From positions 2,912,001 to 2,976,000 of the forward strand of contig OZ245002.1 in NCBI GenBank assembly GCA_965223415.1: a stretch of DNA of 64,000 bases. The letters run 5' to 3'. The translations under genes were made by a program, and so were the position numbers. The notes beneath the pieces are model-generated. The model worked only from the letters and a program-made list of their open reading frames with translations. It had not been told where the DNA came from and searched no databases. Positions 51,537-61,027 of the stretch are shown in pieces (the first letter of the stretch is position 1; every line of letters begins with the position of its first letter). This DNA comes from Myxococcota bacterium. GTDB taxonomy: Bacteria; Myxococcota_A; UBA9160; UBA6930.

Positions 51537-53213
51537 CTAGCGGTCCTCTGCGGGCGCCGCGAGGACCGGCAGGCGGAGGATGAAGGCGGCGCCGCCGCCG
51601 AGCCGGTTCTCGGCCTCGAGCTCGCCCCGGTTCTGCCGGGCCAGGTCGAAGCTCAGGCTGAGGCCCAGGCCCAGGTGTCCGTCGTCGTCCTTGGTGCTGA
51701 AGAACGGATCGAAGACGTGGGGCAGGAGGTCCGGCGGGATCCCCGGGCCGCGGTCGATCACACGCACCTCCGCGTGATCCGCGAGAGCCCGCAGCTCGAT
51801 CTCGATCGGAGGCGCCTTGCCCGCGGCCTGGATGGCGTTGATCAGGAGGTGGAGGATGATCTGGACGACATCCTCCTCTCGCGCGAACACCGGCGGGAGC
51901 TCGTCCTCGCGGCCGATCCGCAAGAGGTCCGGCGACCGGCCCATGGCGGCCATCTCGATCGCCCGGCGCACGACCATCGCCAGATCGAGCTCGCGCGCCG
52001 GCGCCCGGTCCTCGTCGCGTGCGAAGGTGCCCAGGCGGCGGACCAGGCCCGTGATCCGATCCGCGCCCTCGATGGCCTCGTCGGTGATGGCCATGGCCTC
52101 CCGCGCGACGCGACGCGCCCGCGCGGGCAGCCGGGCCACGAGCTCGGTTTCCTCCCCGATCGCCACGGCGAGCGTGCGCAGCATGCCGAGGTTCCCTCGC
52201 ACGTAGGACAGTGGGTTGTTGATCTCGTGGGTCACGCCGGAAATCAGGAAGCCGAGCGCCTCGAAGCGGGTCGCCAGCTCGACGCGACGCTCCGCGCTGC
52301 GCAGCTCGGTGCGGTCCTCGAGCAGCGCGGCGGTTCCGAAACGGATGCCGCCCCGGGAGAGCGGCGCCACGCTGACCTCGATGTTCCGCAGCGGGTGGCT
52401 CCTCGCACGGGCGACCACCTCGTGGAGGAGCTGGCCGATCGGGTCGTCGATCCCGGTAATCTCCGCGGCCGCCGCGTTGGCGTCGACGACCCGGTTGCCC
52501 GCGTCGGCGACCAGCAGCCCCGCGTCGATCTGCTCGATGACCTCGCGCCGCGCGAAGGGCTGGTAGTAGGGAGCCAGCCCCGTCTCGAGGAAGAGGAACC
52601 GGAAGACGACCGCCACGGCGCCGAGCACGGCGGGCGTGGGATCGACGGCGGGAACGCCCCAGAGGTTGAACACGACGTTCACGCCGAAGGGGATGCCCGC
52701 GCCCAGGGCGAGCAGCCAGACGACACGCTGGCTCTCGGCGTGCTGGGCGAGGAAGCGCGCGAAGATCGCGAAGCCCGCGAACACCATCGTCCAGGAGGCC
52801 GCGGCGTGGAAGAAAAAGAACGGGCCGTGGCGCGGCGGCCGGGCCGTCGGGTGGACGAACCACTCGCTGCCGGCCCAGAGCGACAGGTAGCCGACGACGC
52901 CGGGCGCAGCGAAGAGGGCGAAGAGCCAGAGCCTCTCTCGGCTCCAGCTGGCGCGGGTCGCCTGGCTGGCGCCCCACAGGAAAGCGGGGCCCAACGTGCA
53001 CACGCCCAGGAAGAGGATCCTCCTGGCCAGCCACACCTCCGCATCGTCGGCCGCGTGCCGGACGAGCAGCTCACCGGCGGACCACGCGACGATGGCCAAG
53101 GCCGAGACCGCGATGCCCGGGAAACGCCGGCGCCAGCCCGGGGCGAGCAGGAGATCGACGGCGATGGAGCCGTAGACGATGGCCGCGAAGAGGAGGGCGA
53201 GGTCGAATAGCAT
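51537..53213 (-). CDS. Sensor histidine kinase with N-terminal 7TM region and PAS domain
   Basis: Multi-TM N-terminus, DANAAA PAS, HEINNPL, LLINAIQA, DRGPGI, FDPFFSTK, GLGL. Confidence 0.93.
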   Translation of the reverse strand: MLFDLALLFAAIVYGSIAVDLLLAPGWRRRFPGIAVSALAIVAWSAGELLVRHAADDAEVWLARRILFLGVCTLGPAFLWGASQATRASWSRERLWLFALFAAPGVVGYLSLWAGSEWFVHPTARPPRHGPFFFFHAAASWTMVFAGFAIFARFLAQHAESQRVVWLLALGAGIPFGVNVVFNLWGVPAVDPTPAVLGAVAVVFRFLFLETGLAPYYQPFARREVIEQIDAGLLVADAGNRVVDANAAAAEITGIDDPIGQLLHEVVARARSHPLRNIEVSVAPLSRGGIRFGTAALLEDRTELRSAERRVELATRFEALGFLISGVTHEINNPLSYVRGNLGMLRTLAVAIGEETELVARLPARARRVAREAMAITDEAIEGADRITGLVRRLGTFARDEDRAPARELDLAMVVRRAIEMAAMGRSPDLLRIGREDELPPVFAREEDVVQIILHLLINAIQAAGKAPPIEIELRALADHAEVRVIDRGPGIPPDLLPHVFDPFFSTKDDDGHLGLGLSLSFDLARQNRGELEAENRLGGGAAFILRLPVLAAPAEDR

Positions 53214-53416
53214 CGGACACCCACGTGAAACGGTGTCGTGTGTGAAGGAGTCGCCACCCGGCCCTCCAACCGGCTTGCGCTCACGAAAGGAGTCTGGCAT
53301 TCGACGCGCCGACCCTCAGTGACCGCACTCACCCGCGGCGCGATTCCGGGAGATCGCCGCTGCGCCAGCTCCGGCGTGCAGCTGCGTCGACTCTTGCCGC
53401 TCCGCTGCCGTTCGCT

Positions 53417-54205
53417 TCAGGCGCCCGCTTCGATGTTCCCCTCGAGACGGCGCAGCAAACGGCCGGCCTCGGGCAGGCCTTCCGGATGCACCTCTTCGGA
53501 GGGACGGAGGCCGATCCGGCGGCGCGCCTCGGCGAGGGGCAGGGGGAGCATGGCCTCGTAGTCGACGCAGGCCAGGTTCGGGGGTCGGCGTCCCTGGCGG
53601 AAGGCGCGCGCCATGAAGCGGAGCCACTGGATCGGCCGGGACGGCTTCAGCAGCGCCATGTACACGAGGAGTAGCTTCAGCGGCAGGAGGGGGATCTGGC
53701 CGGCGGTGAAAGAGTTGACTCCGATCTCGCCAACGATGTCGCGGCCGTAGCCCGAGAGGATGTGGAAGAGGTCGTGACTGTTCGCGAGACGCCGCACGAA
53801 CCAGAGCTGGTCCTCGCTCCAGCCGAAGCGGGCCGCCTTCTCTTCGAGGCCCGCGGCCGACAGGAAGGCGTCCGACGTCCCCATCCCCTCGCCGCCCATG
53901 TAGTCGAGGTACGCTGCGGCGAAGCTGTCCGGGGGCATCGCGGCGAGGGCGGCGCGGTCGGCGAGCAGTTCGTTCAAGTCGCGGCGGGGGCGCTCGGCCA
54001 GGAGCGCCCGGCCGACGTCGTCTCGCGCGAAGAGCTCGAGCTCCTGCTGCACGGTCGGGCCCGCCAGGGCGAACATCCCCTCGAACGCATCATCGAGTCC
54101 ACCGGAGCCGCCGAGGAAACGCCACAGGCTTCCGAGGCCGCTCCGCCAGTGGCGCCGGAGCCGCACGAGCTCGGGATCGGGCGACGCGTGGCTCGCTGCG
54201 GACAT
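53417..54205 (-). CDS. Coq4 family protein
   Basis: HDLFHILSGY....GE (HDxxH-x11-E), LAAMP.DSFAAAY, LPL..AR..IG. Confidence 0.85.
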   Translation of the reverse strand: MSAASHASPDPELVRLRRHWRSGLGSLWRFLGGSGGLDDAFEGMFALAGPTVQQELELFARDDVGRALLAERPRRDLNELLADRAALAAMPPDSFAAAYLDYMGGEGMGTSDAFLSAAGLEEKAARFGWSEDQLWFVRRLANSHDLFHILSGYGRDIVGEIGVNSFTAGQIPLLPLKLLLVYMALLKPSRPIQWLRFMARAFRQGRRPPNLACVDYEAMLPLPLAEARRRIGLRPSEEVHPEGLPEAGRLLRRLEGNIEAGA

Positions 54206-54318
54206 GGGTCCTCCTGGACGGGCGGCGGTCAGCTGGAGACGCCGGTCCCGAACACGTTGATGGCGCGATGCACCCTCCCGGTGACGTTCCGCGAGAGAAG
54301 ATAGGACGCCTCGGCGGA

Positions 54319-55734
54319 CTACGGATCGCCGTCCGCTGCGAACGCCCAGACGCCGCGGGACATCACCCGCCGCACCCGGCGGGTGTTCTCGATGTCGACC
54401 AACGGGTCGGCGTCGAGCAGCACCAGGTCCGCCAGGAAACCCGGCTCGATCCGGCCGAGCTCCCCCTCGAGTCCGAAGAACGCCGCCGGCACGAGGGTGG
54501 CGGCGGCCAGGGCGGCGCGGGGCGAGAGACCGGCACGCACGAGGAGCGCCAGCTCCGTGTGCAGGCTGTCGCCGGGAATGGCGAGCCCGATGGGCGTGTC
54601 CGTGCCGGCGCCGATGGGGACCCCCCGCGCCCGGAGCCGGCCGACGAGGAAGAGGCTCCACTCGGCGAACCGGGTGAGCTCCTGCGCCGCTTCGCCGGCC
54701 GGGATCTGGCCGACCACGGCGCGCCAGCGCCGGCGCACCTCGTCAGGCAGGCCATCCAGGGCGCGGACCCAGTCCTCGCGCTCGAAGCGCCGGGTGATCG
54801 CGAGGGCGTTGAGCCGCAAGGTCGGCACCTGGATCGTCTCGGTGAGTGCGTCCAGCACCCGATCACACTGGGCTTCGTCGTAGGCCGCGATCGCCGGGAG
54901 ACGCTGCTCCGCGTGGAGGGAGCGGCGCAGGTCGTAGCCCCGATCCCCGGCGAAGGCGCGCATCGCCGCCCGCCGCGCCTCGAGCCGCGGCGCCCAGTCG
55001 CGGGCGCAGGCCAGCTCGAGGTTGCGCAGGTGTTCCATCGAATCGACCCGCGGCCCGGCCTCCGCCGCCGTCATGGCGAGGGGAACGTGGGCGGCGATCG
55101 GCAGCCCGCGGGCGCGCGCCGCAGCGACCAGCGCGTCGAAGACCTCCGGCTCGACAAGCTCGTAGACCTTGACGAAGTCCGCACCGCCGGCCGCCAGGGC
55201 TTCGACCCGGCGCTGCGCCGCGTGGGCGTCCGGCACCGCGACGCCGAGCTTCGGGCGGCCCGGATCGCCGCCGTCGTAGACGGGTAGGGCACCGTCCAGG
55301 AGAGGCCCGGAGAGGAAGATCCGCGGCTCCGGCGCGGGGTCCTCCGCGAGCCGGGCGCGCAGGGCGGCGAGGCGCGCGAGATCCCCGCCCGTGTCGCGCA
55401 CGCTGGTGATGCCATGGCGCAGGAAGAGCTCCGACATCCGTCCGGTCAGGGCCTCGTCGTAGAGGAAGTGGACGTGCATGTCCCAGAGGCCCGGGATCAG
55501 GAAGCGGCCCCGAGCGTCGTGGCGGCTCCGGCTCGCCGGCGCGGGGCCGCCCATCGCGCCGACGGCGACGATGTGCTCGCCGCGCACCGCGACGCGCTGG
55601 CCCCGGCGCAGCCCGTGCTGCGGGTCCACCAGGGTGACGTTCTCGAGCAGGACGTCCGCCGGCTCGGGTGCCAGAGCGCAGGCCGTGAGGCCCGCGATCA
55701 GCGCGGCCAGGGCCACGGCTCGCCCGTTCTGCAT
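54319..55734 (-). CDS. Amidohydrolase family lipoprotein
   Basis: LTAC lipobox, PGLWDMHVH, FVKVY, AGTD, G..ADLVLLDADP. Confidence 0.9.
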   Translation of the reverse strand: MQNGRAVALAALIAGLTACALAPEPADVLLENVTLVDPQHGLRRGQRVAVRGEHIVAVGAMGGPAPASRSRHDARGRFLIPGLWDMHVHFLYDEALTGRMSELFLRHGITSVRDTGGDLARLAALRARLAEDPAPEPRIFLSGPLLDGALPVYDGGDPGRPKLGVAVPDAHAAQRRVEALAAGGADFVKVYELVEPEVFDALVAAARARGLPIAAHVPLAMTAAEAGPRVDSMEHLRNLELACARDWAPRLEARRAAMRAFAGDRGYDLRRSLHAEQRLPAIAAYDEAQCDRVLDALTETIQVPTLRLNALAITRRFEREDWVRALDGLPDEVRRRWRAVVGQIPAGEAAQELTRFAEWSLFLVGRLRARGVPIGAGTDTPIGLAIPGDSLHTELALLVRAGLSPRAALAAATLVPAAFFGLEGELGRIEPGFLADLVLLDADPLVDIENTRRVRRVMSRGVWAFAADGDP

Positions 55735-55800
55735 GGTGAGGAAGCTCCCGGGGCGAGTCTACACCCACGGGGCTTCAGCGGTGCGTGTGCGGGTCCTCGT

Positions 55801-56547
55801 TCAGCTCGTCGGGCGGTGCCGAGCGTAGGTCGCCTTCACCCACAGGGTCGCGGGATGCTCGGCATAGGCGCCCAGGAACGCGACGACGGACGCCGGCATC
55901 GGCCGGGGCTTGGCCATGTCCGGGTGGTCCAGGTCGGCGAGCGGCGCGAGCAGCGCTGCCGCCGTGAGATCGGCGATCGTGAATTCGTCCCCGACCAGGT
56001 AGCCCGTCGCGGAGGTCCGCTTCGCTACCAGGTCGAGCGCTTCCGCGGTGCGCGCGAAGGCACGCTCCACGTTGGCGGGATCGACCACGCCGTTCCCCTT
56101 CGCGATCAACGGGCGCGCGAGGGGAAAGCTGGCCCGGTAGAGCCCGCGGGCGAGCCGCGGCTTGTCGCGAGCGAAGATCCGGCAGAGGAAGCCGCCCTCG
56201 TTCACCAGCACCGAGAAGAGGGCGGTGCGCACGGCCGGCCCGACCTCCGCGTCGAAGCGCGCCTGCAGCTCCAGGGCTTCCGCCTTCGCAGCGGGATCTT
56301 CCGGGTAGAGGCGCGGCTCCGGCCATCCGGCTTCGAGGCGATCGAGGATTGCCGCCGATCCGGCGACGACCTCGCCGTCCTGGACGAGAACCGGCGTCTG
56401 GGTCTGGCCGCTCAGCCGCCGGATCGCCGGGATGTGCGGCCCGGGCAGGTGGCTCACGCGCTCGTGATCGACCCCCTTCAGGGCCAGGCCCCACCTCGCC
56501 TTCTCGTTGAAGTGGGAGGCAGAGAACTGGTGCAAGACGATCGTCAT
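55801..56547 (-). CDS. Glutathione S-transferase family protein
   Basis: SHFNEKARWGL, TPVL, GSAAI, YLVGDEFTIADL. Confidence 0.9.
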   Translation of the reverse strand: MTIVLHQFSASHFNEKARWGLALKGVDHERVSHLPGPHIPAIRRLSGQTQTPVLVQDGEVVAGSAAILDRLEAGWPEPRLYPEDPAAKAEALELQARFDAEVGPAVRTALFSVLVNEGGFLCRIFARDKPRLARGLYRASFPLARPLIAKGNGVVDPANVERAFARTAEALDLVAKRTSATGYLVGDEFTIADLTAAALLAPLADLDHPDMAKPRPMPASVVAFLGAYAEHPATLWVKATYARHRPTS

Positions 56548-56576
56548 CGGAGGGACCTCCTGCTAGCATCTGGTAA

Positions 56577-56594
56577 AGATGATAATCATCATCT
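56577..56594. promoter_or_regulatory. TetR operator palindrome
   Basis: AGATGAT-N4-ATCATCT between the divergent GST and TetR genes. Confidence 0.75.
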
Positions 56595-56610
56595 ATCAGG
56601 AGAGGCGAGG

Positions 56611-57222
56611 ATGCCGCGCTACTCCCGGGAACACAAGGCCCGCTCGCGGGCCGCGATCGTGGACGCCGCGGCGGCGGCCTTCCGTCGCCGCGGCTACGAG
56701 GGCGTCGGCATCGACGAGATCTGTGCCGCCGCCGGGCTGACCCGGGGCGGCTTCTACGGCCACTTCGACTCGAAGGCCGACCTCTATCGCGAGGTCCTGG
56801 CCGGCCGTCACGACCTGGTCCGCAGGCTCTCCGAGCGCCGCGGGCGCTCTCCCGACGGCCTCATCCGCGGCGCCGCGCGCATCGCCCGCGACTACCTGAA
56901 GCCCGCTCACGCGGAGGGCGTGCTCGGCGGCTGCTCCCTCGCCGCCCTCGCCATGGACACGATCCGCTCCCGCCCGGAGGCGCAGCGCGCCTATGGCGAG
57001 GCCGTCGAGCAGGTCGCGGCGGAGTTCGCGCGGGGCCGCCCGGACGCGGCCGACGACGACGAGCGTGCGCTCACCGACGACGAGCGTGCGCTCACCGCCA
57101 TAGCCCTCTGCGTCGGCGGCCTGCTGGTCGCGAACGCCTGCGGTGAGCACCCGGTCGGGCGGCGGGTTGCGAAGGCGGCGAGCCGTACGGTGACCCGTAT
57201 CCTCGAAGGAGAGCCCGCGTGA
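56611..57222 (+). CDS. TetR family regulator
   Basis: MPRYSREHK, GIDEICAAAGLTRGGFYGHFDSK, GC.LAAL. Confidence 0.92.
   Translation: MPRYSREHKARSRAAIVDAAAAAFRRRGYEGVGIDEICAAAGLTRGGFYGHFDSKADLYREVLAGRHDLVRRLSERRGRSPDGLIRGAARIARDYLKPAHAEGVLGGCSLAALAMDTIRSRPEAQRAYGEAVEQVAAEFARGRPDAADDDERALTDDERALTAIALCVGGLLVANACGEHPVGRRVAKAASRTVTRILEGEPA
57055..57096 (+). repeat. Perfect 21-bp in-frame tandem duplication
   Basis: GACGACGAGCGTGCGCTCACC twice, encoding DDERALT-DDERALT. Confidence 0.95.
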
Positions 57223-58157
57223 GGCTCCTCGCATGGCTCGGCGGCGTCGCAGCGGTCGCGTTGGCCCTGCCCTTCGCGGGGCCGATGCTGGGGCTCGCCG
57301 GGTACCGCGAGCTGGCCCCCGAGCCGGGCGTGCGCGTGAACATCCCGGCGGGCACCCTCGACGTCCATCAGGCGGGGCGCGGACGCGACGCGGTGCTGGT
57401 CCACGGTCAGCCGGGCTGGGCGGGCATGATGACGCCCCTGGCCGAAGCGCTGGTACCGCAGGGGATGCGGGTCACCTGGTACGACCGGATGGGCTGGGGG
57501 CACTCGGGCCAGCGCCTGCCGGACCAGATGGCCAATCCGACCGCCCACGCGAAGGACCTGCTCGCCTTGATCGACGTCCTCGGGCTCCACCGTCCGGTGA
57601 TCGTCGGATACTCCTACGGAGGCGGCGTCGCGATGGAGGCGTTGCGTCTCGACCCGGGCGCCGCCGACGGGCTCGTCCTGATCGGAAGCGTGGGTGCGCC
57701 CGGAGACCGGCGTGGCCCCCAGGGCGCGGAGCGCTTCCTCTTCTCTCCCGTCTTCCTGCGCTGGGCGTTCGGAACCTCCTTCACGGCCCGCGCGGTCATC
57801 GGCCCGGCGCTGGAGGCGGTCGCCGCACCGGAGACCCTGAGTCCCCGCCAGCGCGATCTCTTCCTGGCCGCGCTCGCGCCTTCGGGCGTCGCGGGCCACT
57901 GGGAACGGGAGCAGCGGGAGCGCTACGAGGGCTTCGACGATCACCAGCCGGCAGCGGTCAGCGCCTGTGCGCTCGTGATCCACGGCGCGGGCGATCGGGT
58001 CGTCTCTCCGGACGTGGGCCGGGCCGTGGCCGAAGCGATTCCAGACGCAGAGCTCGTCCTGCTCGAAGGATCGGGCCACGCCGTCGTCCTGACCCGTGCA
58101 GCGGCCCTGGCGGAGCGCATCGCCGGACACGTGGAACGCTGCGAGGCCGCGGGATGA
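57219..58157 (+). CDS. Alpha/beta hydrolase
   Basis: LVHG, YDRMGWG.S, GYSYGG, HGAGD, GSGH. Confidence 0.9.
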   Translation: MRLLAWLGGVAAVALALPFAGPMLGLAGYRELAPEPGVRVNIPAGTLDVHQAGRGRDAVLVHGQPGWAGMMTPLAEALVPQGMRVTWYDRMGWGHSGQRLPDQMANPTAHAKDLLALIDVLGLHRPVIVGYSYGGGVAMEALRLDPGAADGLVLIGSVGAPGDRRGPQGAERFLFSPVFLRWAFGTSFTARAVIGPALEAVAAPETLSPRQRDLFLAALAPSGVAGHWEREQRERYEGFDDHQPAAVSACALVIHGAGDRVVSPDVGRAVAEAIPDAELVLLEGSGHAVVLTRAAALAERIAGHVERCEAAG

Positions 58158-59188
58158 GGAGACTCCTGGGCACCTTCGTGGCGCTCGCTTCACTCGTGGC
58201 CGCGCTCGGCACCTACGTGCTGTGGGGGAGCGGGATCAGCCGGCGCATCGAGCACCGCTTCGAGGGAGGCTGCCGCAAGGTCGAAGGCATCGCCGGGGCC
58301 GAAGACCTGACGGTGCACCCGGAGACCGGCATCGCCTACCTCACCGGCATCGAGCCCGGCTCCCTGGGCGTGTACGCCTACGATCTCCGGTCTCCCGACG
58401 CCGTGCCGGTGCCGGTGCTGCCCGAAGGCTTCGAGGGCCTTCGGCCGCTCGGCCTCTCACTGTGGCGAGGCGAGCCCCGGGACCGACTCTTCGTGGTGAA
58501 CCGGCGCCAGCCCGACCCGGGTGTGGAGATCTTCCGGCTCGCGACCCCGTGGACGCTCGAGCACGTCCGCAGCATGCGCGACGCCTCCATTCGCTACCCG
58601 AACGACGTCGTCGCCGTGGGCCCCGACGCCTTCTACGTGAGCAACACCCACGCCAGCCCGCCGGGCAGCCGCCGGCGTTGGGTCGAGACCTTCCTTCGCC
58701 TTCCCACCGGTGACGTCACCTACGTCGACGGCTCCGCCGCCCGTGTGGTGACGGCGGGGCTCGCCTACCCGAACGGCGTGAACGTGAGCCGCGATCTCCG
58801 CGAGCTCTACGTGGCGAGCACCGCCACCTCGGAGGTCCACGTCTTCGCACGCCAGCCGAATGGGGACCTGGAGCGGAGCCGGAGCCTTCCGGTGCCCGGC
58901 CTCGCCGACAACATCGACCGGCGCGCCGACGGCAGCCTCGTGGTCGCGCTCCACCCGAAGGCCCTCGATGCGGTGGCCCACCTGGGAGACCCGGCGAAGC
59001 GGGCTCCCACGCGCATCGTCCACCTGGACCCGCGCAGCCCGAAGGGAGACGCGATCCGGATCCTCTACGACGATCCCGGTACCGAGATCTCGGCGGGCGC
59101 CACCGGGGTCTGGTGGAACGACCGGCTGCTCATCGGTCCGGTGCGGGAGCCGTTCTTCCTCGATTGCCGGCTGTCCGAAGGGGTCTGA
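58154..59188 (+). CDS. Paraoxonase/arylesterase-like beta-propeller (SMP-30 family)
   Basis: GAED, PNDVVAVG...FYVSN, YPNG, ADNI, HPK. Confidence 0.88.
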   Translation: MRRLLGTFVALASLVAALGTYVLWGSGISRRIEHRFEGGCRKVEGIAGAEDLTVHPETGIAYLTGIEPGSLGVYAYDLRSPDAVPVPVLPEGFEGLRPLGLSLWRGEPRDRLFVVNRRQPDPGVEIFRLATPWTLEHVRSMRDASIRYPNDVVAVGPDAFYVSNTHASPPGSRRRWVETFLRLPTGDVTYVDGSAARVVTAGLAYPNGVNVSRDLRELYVASTATSEVHVFARQPNGDLERSRSLPVPGLADNIDRRADGSLVVALHPKALDAVAHLGDPAKRAPTRIVHLDPRSPKGDAIRILYDDPGTEISAGATGVWWNDRLLIGPVREPFFLDCRLSEGV

Positions 59189-59452
59189 CGAACGACGAGG
59201 CGCGACTACGCCGAACGGCGGATACCGGCCGAAGCGCGATCGAGAGTGCTCCCCAACTCGGGACGCCCGTTACGTCCCCACGCAAGGGAGCGGGACGGGC
59301 GGCGGCGAGCTGCGAGCGCCGGCGAGTCGGTGATTTCGCCGAACCAGGCTCCGGTCAACGGCCAGCACCAGGCCCTCCGTTCCCGGGAAAGAGGGGCGGG
59401 CGGCACGCGTCCCGGATGTGCTGACTCAGCTCGAAGGGGAGACGGGTCGATC

Positions 59453-60400
59453 ATGACCCTCAACGGGGGCACCATGGCCGAGATCGATCTCCAGCACAGG
59501 ACGCTCGAAGGACTCACGGGCAAGCTCGAAGACCTCCCCGTGCTCCCGCTGGTCGTCGCCCGTCTGATGGCGCTGTCCCCGTCGTCGGAGGACTACTTCG
59601 ACGACGTCCTTTCGCTGGTCGAGAGCGATCCTCCCTTCGCGGCGCGTGTGATCCAGGCGGCGAACTCTTCCAAGTCCGCGCCGTTGGAGCCGATTCGGGA
59701 TCTCCGACAGGCCCTCGCGCGAATGGGTGCCCGTCTGATCGGCGAGCTGGTCACCGCCGTGGCCGTCACCCGGGTGTTCGTTCCCCGAACGGATAGCCAG
59801 CGCGCGCTCTGGTCCCATGCCCTGGACGTCGCCCTGATCGCCCGCGAGCTCGCCCATCGGCTCGGCGTCGAGAACGCGCGCCTGGACGCGGTCTACCTGG
59901 GCGGCCTTCTCCACGACCTGGGCCGCTTCGTCATGTTCGACGGCTCGCCCGAGGAGCTCGGGGCCATCGAAGAGCACGGCTGGTCCAGCCCGAACGAGCT
60001 CATCGAGGCCGAACGTGAGCTGTGCGGGTACGACCACGCAGAGCTGGGCTGGCTCGCCTGCCGGCACTGGGGCTTCCCCGACGAGGTGGCGACCATCGTG
60101 CGCGACCACCACCTGGACGAGTTTCCGGCGGAGGAAGGCGACGACGCCGACCACGCGATGGTTCTCGCCTGCATACAGGCCGCGGACGTCGTCGCGGTCC
60201 GGCTACGCCTCCGCCCCGAGCTGCGGGAGGCGGATCCGCGGGAAGCCGCCGACCCCCCGGCAGGCTCCGACGCATCGCTGCCCCAGGCGCTCAGCCGGCT
60301 CACGGTGGACGGCTTCCCGGCCCTCGTCGCGGCCCTGGAGCGCTCCGACGAGTTGGCGGCGGAGCTCGGACTCTCCTCGCCGACCCCGGCGCCCTCCTGA
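59453..60400 (+). CDS. Stand-alone HDOD domain protein
   Basis: LPVLP, DP.FAARVIQAANS, W.HA, GLLHDLG, DHAELG..WGFP; start could be 59474. Confidence 0.92.
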   Translation: MTLNGGTMAEIDLQHRTLEGLTGKLEDLPVLPLVVARLMALSPSSEDYFDDVLSLVESDPPFAARVIQAANSSKSAPLEPIRDLRQALARMGARLIGELVTAVAVTRVFVPRTDSQRALWSHALDVALIARELAHRLGVENARLDAVYLGGLLHDLGRFVMFDGSPEELGAIEEHGWSSPNELIEAERELCGYDHAELGWLACRHWGFPDEVATIVRDHHLDEFPAEEGDDADHAMVLACIQAADVVAVRLRLRPELREADPREAADPPAGSDASLPQALSRLTVDGFPALVAALERSDELAAELGLSSPTPAPS

Positions 60401-60449
60401 TCCATCCGCCCCTTCGCGCGTGAACGGCTTCACGGCGACGCGATCGACC

Positions 60450-60779
60450 TCAGTCGCCGGGCTCCAGGAACTCCACCAGGATCGCCCGGTAGGGCCGGCT
60501 CCCGGTGTTCGTGGCTACCTCGTGGGAGCCACGGGGCACGAAGTAGACGTTCCCTCGGGCCGCGGGCAGCTCGAAGCCCTTCTGGAAGTGGGGGTTGGCC
60601 CGGCCGCCCAGGGGCTCGACCCACACCTTCTCGCCGCCGAGCTCGATCAGGGCGTAGTCGTGTTCGTGGTGATGGGGGGCTGTCGCCTCCCCGGGCCGGA
60701 TCTCCTGCTCCCAGATCCGGACGCGTTCGTCCTCGTGGAGGATGCGGGTGGCGATCGGGCCGAGCTCCGGATCGGTCAT
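60450..60779 (-). CDS. Cupin domain protein
   Basis: EDERVRIWE, PGE...HHHEHDY, H...N.G, ILVE. Confidence 0.85.
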   Translation of the reverse strand: MTDPELGPIATRILHEDERVRIWEQEIRPGEATAPHHHEHDYALIELGGEKVWVEPLGGRANPHFQKGFELPAARGNVYFVPRGSHEVATNTGSRPYRAILVEFLEPGD

Positions 60780-60962
60780 GGGGGCCTCCGGGTGACGGGA
60801 ACAGGGTAGCCCGGCGCCGGGCGCGGGCCGGAGCGCCCCTCCGGCGGCCTCACACCCCCGCAGGGGCGCGGAACGCGGAAGCAGCGTTCTCCCGAAAGGA
60901 AGCGATCTTCCTTCTCGACGGCCCTCAGCGCCCCGAAGCGCGCAGGGAAGGCTCCAGGGCAT

Positions 60963-60978
60963 AGGCCCGGATCTTGCT
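60963..60978 (+). promoter_or_regulatory. Sigma-54 (-24/-12) promoter
   Basis: AGGCCCGGATCTTGCT upstream of the PEP-CTERM gene. Confidence 0.65.
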
Positions 60979-61027
60979 GGGGCGGGGGCGTCCTTCCTGG
61001 GTTTGGGGCACCGGAGGGACTGTTCCC

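Noticed and set aside
53295..53309. Sigma-54-like TGGCATTCGACGCGC
   Set aside because: Poor -12 element and no downstream gene on that strand.
59248..59291. Nested hairpin upstream of the HDOD gene as an ncRNA or riboswitch
   Set aside because: 6-bp GC stems are expected by chance at this GC content and no family motif is recognisable.
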